Part shown: one piece after another, positions 61,401 to 64,000 of the stretch | Layout of the letters: each line of letters starts with the position of its first letter | How positions within the stretch are numbered: the stretch's first letter is position 1 | Origin: Malacoraja senta | Lineage: Eukaryota | NCBI GenBank assembly: GCA_038087875.1 | Contig: CM075987.1 | Coordinates: 16,990,001-17,054,000 of the forward strand | Direction of reading: 5' to 3' | DNA length: 64,000 nucleotides | Notes under the pieces: generated by a model | The model's input: the letters and a program-made list of their open reading frames with translations, nothing else | The model's database searches: none | What the model was told of the DNA's origin: nothing | Program-made: the position numbers and the translations under genes

Positions 61401-63722
61401 CCGCCACGACGAAACCCCGCCGCAATGCCCGCTAAGGTCACCCCACGCCGTTGCCCCAATTGTAATTTTTATTTCCACCAATTCAACGTTTGCCCCGCGC
61501 AGGGTAAGACTTGTAATTCCTGTGGCAACTGAACCACTTTTCGGCGGCTTGTCGGTCCCGTGATAAGCCGGTCCCTGCTCCAAGGAGGAATTTAAACAAC
61601 CTTGCAGACCCTGATAGCGCGCTTGGTTATCAGTACCAGTCAGACTTTGATAGGAGCTCCTCCCATGGAGATTCAATGGTGTTTTTGCTTTTGGTGCACC
61701 TGCTACGATAACAGATCCCTCTGTGCATGTTACTGTAAATGGTAATTCATTCTTTGCCAAGGTCGATACTGGTGCCTTTGCAAATGTTATGTCTGTCAGC
61801 CTTTTCAAGCGGATAAGATCTGGGGAGATAGTTACTCCCGATGACACCCGCCTTCATGTCTATGGGGGAGGAGTTCTAGTTCCAGTGGGGAAGGCCACGC
61901 TTATCTGCACAGTCCTTGAGACCTCTCGGCCCCTCACCTTCCACCTGCTGGATTCTGACAACGTCACCCTGTTGGGCGCCCGTGCATGCCAGGACCTTGG
62001 CTTGGTTTCTTTCCACCGCGGAATTCACCTGGTGCAGGCCCCCATGGACCCCCTGGGCGAATACCCCGACCGTTTTGATGACATTTTGGGCAAACTGTGA
62101 CTATAAAATCATTGTCGACCCGGTCGTTCGACCGGCCCACCGCGTCTCCTTCGCTATGAAGGGCCGCGTGGATCTACTCAGCGTGATATGGTGACCATGG
62201 GCATCCTCAAGGAGGTGAGCGCTCCCACCAGGTGGGTCTCAAACATGGTTGTCGCTGCCAAGAAGGATAAGAGCGAGATCCGGATCTGCATTAACCCAAA
62301 GGACCTGAACCTGGCCATCAAGCGCCCGCACTACCCCATGCGGACGGTGGAGGACGTGGGGTGAGGAGAGGGAGATGGAGAAGGGGAGGAGAGAGGGGTG
62401 GGCGAGGGGGAGAGAGGTGTGGGGGAGGGGGGGAGGGAGGGAGAAGAGCGTGGAGGGAGGGGGGGGAGGGGTGGGGGGAGAGGGGAAATAGTGGGAGGGA
62501 GAGTGGAAGGGGGAGGGGGAAGGGTAGGGACAGTCCATCTGTTCCCCATTCCCTATCACCCCCAATCCTCTTTCTCTATTCCCACACACGTGATGACGCG
62601 CTTCGACACAGGCTGCGGGGTTGGGGGGGAGGGGATGGAGCTGGGGCTTCTGCAAAGTCTGCAAAGTCATATGTAAATGGATCCATTCCGATTGGACATC
62701 TGTGAGCATTGGGCATTGTGACATCTCACGATGGAACCTTGACTAACATTCTATGGCTGGCTGAGAGCTGGTTTTTTTTAACATTTGGGGGTGGGGGGAG
62801 GGGAGAAGGATTTTATTAAAACGTGTACATAAAAACGACGGAATTTAATCAGGAGTGGTTACTCGTAAAGAAAAGTGAAATCTCTAACGAAATGGAAATA
62901 AATCTCGGCGTTTCTGCGTGCGGTGTTGGCGTAGCGAGGAATCAAATGCTGCTGGAAGAGAGCAGGTGGGGGAGAGGGAGGGGGAGGAGAGTGGGGAGTG
63001 GTAGGAGAGTGGGGAGGGCAGGAAGGGGGGAGAGGGGGGGAGGCGATGTTAGAGGTGGAGAGAGGGGATGAGGGGAAGGGAGAGGAGTAGGGGGAAGAGA
63101 GGGAGGGGAGGGAGGGGGAGAGGAGAGAGATGGGGAGGGAGAGTGGAAGTAGGAGGGGTAGGGACAGTCCATCTGTTCCCCATTCCCTATCACCCCCAAT
63201 CCTCTTTCTCTATTCCCACACACGTGACGACGCCCTTCGACACAGGCTGTGGGGGGGGAGGGGCTGGGCTGTGGCTGCTGCAAAGGCATATCTAATTGGA
63301 TCCATTCCGATTTGTCATCTTTGAGCATTGGCATTGTGACATCACAAAACGGAACCTTTATTAACATTCTATTGCTGAGAGCTGTGATTTTAACATTTTG
63401 AAATTTCCCCATTCCCTATCACCCCCACACACGTGACGATGCCCTTCAGAATCTTTACTAACATTCTATGGCTGAGCTGTTTTTTAAAACGTTTTGTAAT
63501 GTTTGGTGGGGGGGGGGGAGAAGTATTTTATTTTAAAAGGTGTACATAAACACGACCAAATTTAATCAGGAGTGGCTATTCGTAAAGATAATGTAATCTG
63601 TTTAGAAATGGAAAAAAATATCGGCTTTTCCGCGTGCTGTGTGGGCCTAGGGCTGTATCAAAGGGGAATTTTGATGCCGGACGGACGGCCGGACAGCCAC
63701 AGAGTTTTATATAATAGATAGA

Positions 63723-63725
<3 letters not shown>
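58499..63725 (-). mobile_element. Non-autonomous Helitron B with repeated core and embedded Gypsy fragment
   Basis: Same CTAG + hairpin end at 58499-58527; core repeated at about 62480, 63130 and 63400; ggacggacgg...ttttatataataga 5' end (TC at 63718, 63722 or 63725). Confidence 0.75.
60533..62358 (+). mobile_element. Gypsy/Ty3 LTR retrotransposon 5' fragment (LTR, PBS, gag, protease, start of RT)
   Basis: TG...CA LTR 60533-60732 with AATAAA; PBS TGGTGTCA (tRNA-Leu-like); gag ERFKFFQRRQNPGE, CPNC..H....C and CNSC...NHF...C knuckles; VDTGA; WVSNMVVAAKKDKSEIRICINPKDLN. Confidence 0.9.
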
Positions 63726-63758
<33 letters not shown>

Positions 63759-64000
63759 TCTATCTATTATAAAAATATATAGGGACAAAACATAGAAACA
63801 AGGCAAGAGGAGTCGGACTTCCATCACTGTGCTGCACAAATAAATTAATCAACCTTACCCTATGACAATAGAAACAAGACGAAAATAATGCCACATATTC
63901 AACCGTGTATATGGTCAATGAAATTAAGATATATATGTAAAACATATATATGGAAACAGGCCCTTCAGCCCACCAAGTCCACAGCAACCAGCAATCTACC

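Overview
Repeat-dense vertebrate genomic DNA, most likely from a cartilaginous fish (skate/ray-like; inferred from the CR1, Penelope and SINE families, not proven). Host content is sparse: the 3' part of a + strand gene for a type-I membrane protein (TM exon 7064-7220, probable later exons at about 24513 and 35316, polyA signal 35669), and the 5' part of a second + strand gene (GC-box/E-box promoter at about 39.3-39.7 kb, signal-peptide exon 40849-41065, 45-nt exon 53050-53094). Most of the rest is nested mobile DNA. This includes a 5'-complete but 3'-truncated L1 with a 16-bp TSD, a structurally complete but coding-dead DIRS tyrosine-recombinase retrotransposon, many CR1 fragments, Rex/Babar and Crack-like LINE pieces, and a Gypsy fragment. 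It also includes two head-to-tail non-autonomous Helitrons inside a ~90-bp inverted repeat, a ~100-copy 27-bp minisatellite born from a CR1 RT motif, and a Penelope-like (GIY-YIG) family whose termini carry hammerhead-ribozyme cores. Those termini also occur as ~220-bp fold-back insertions with TSDs, as a 128-nt tandem double-hammerhead unit and as a 66-bp satellite. All family assignments are by motif recognition only; no searches were run.
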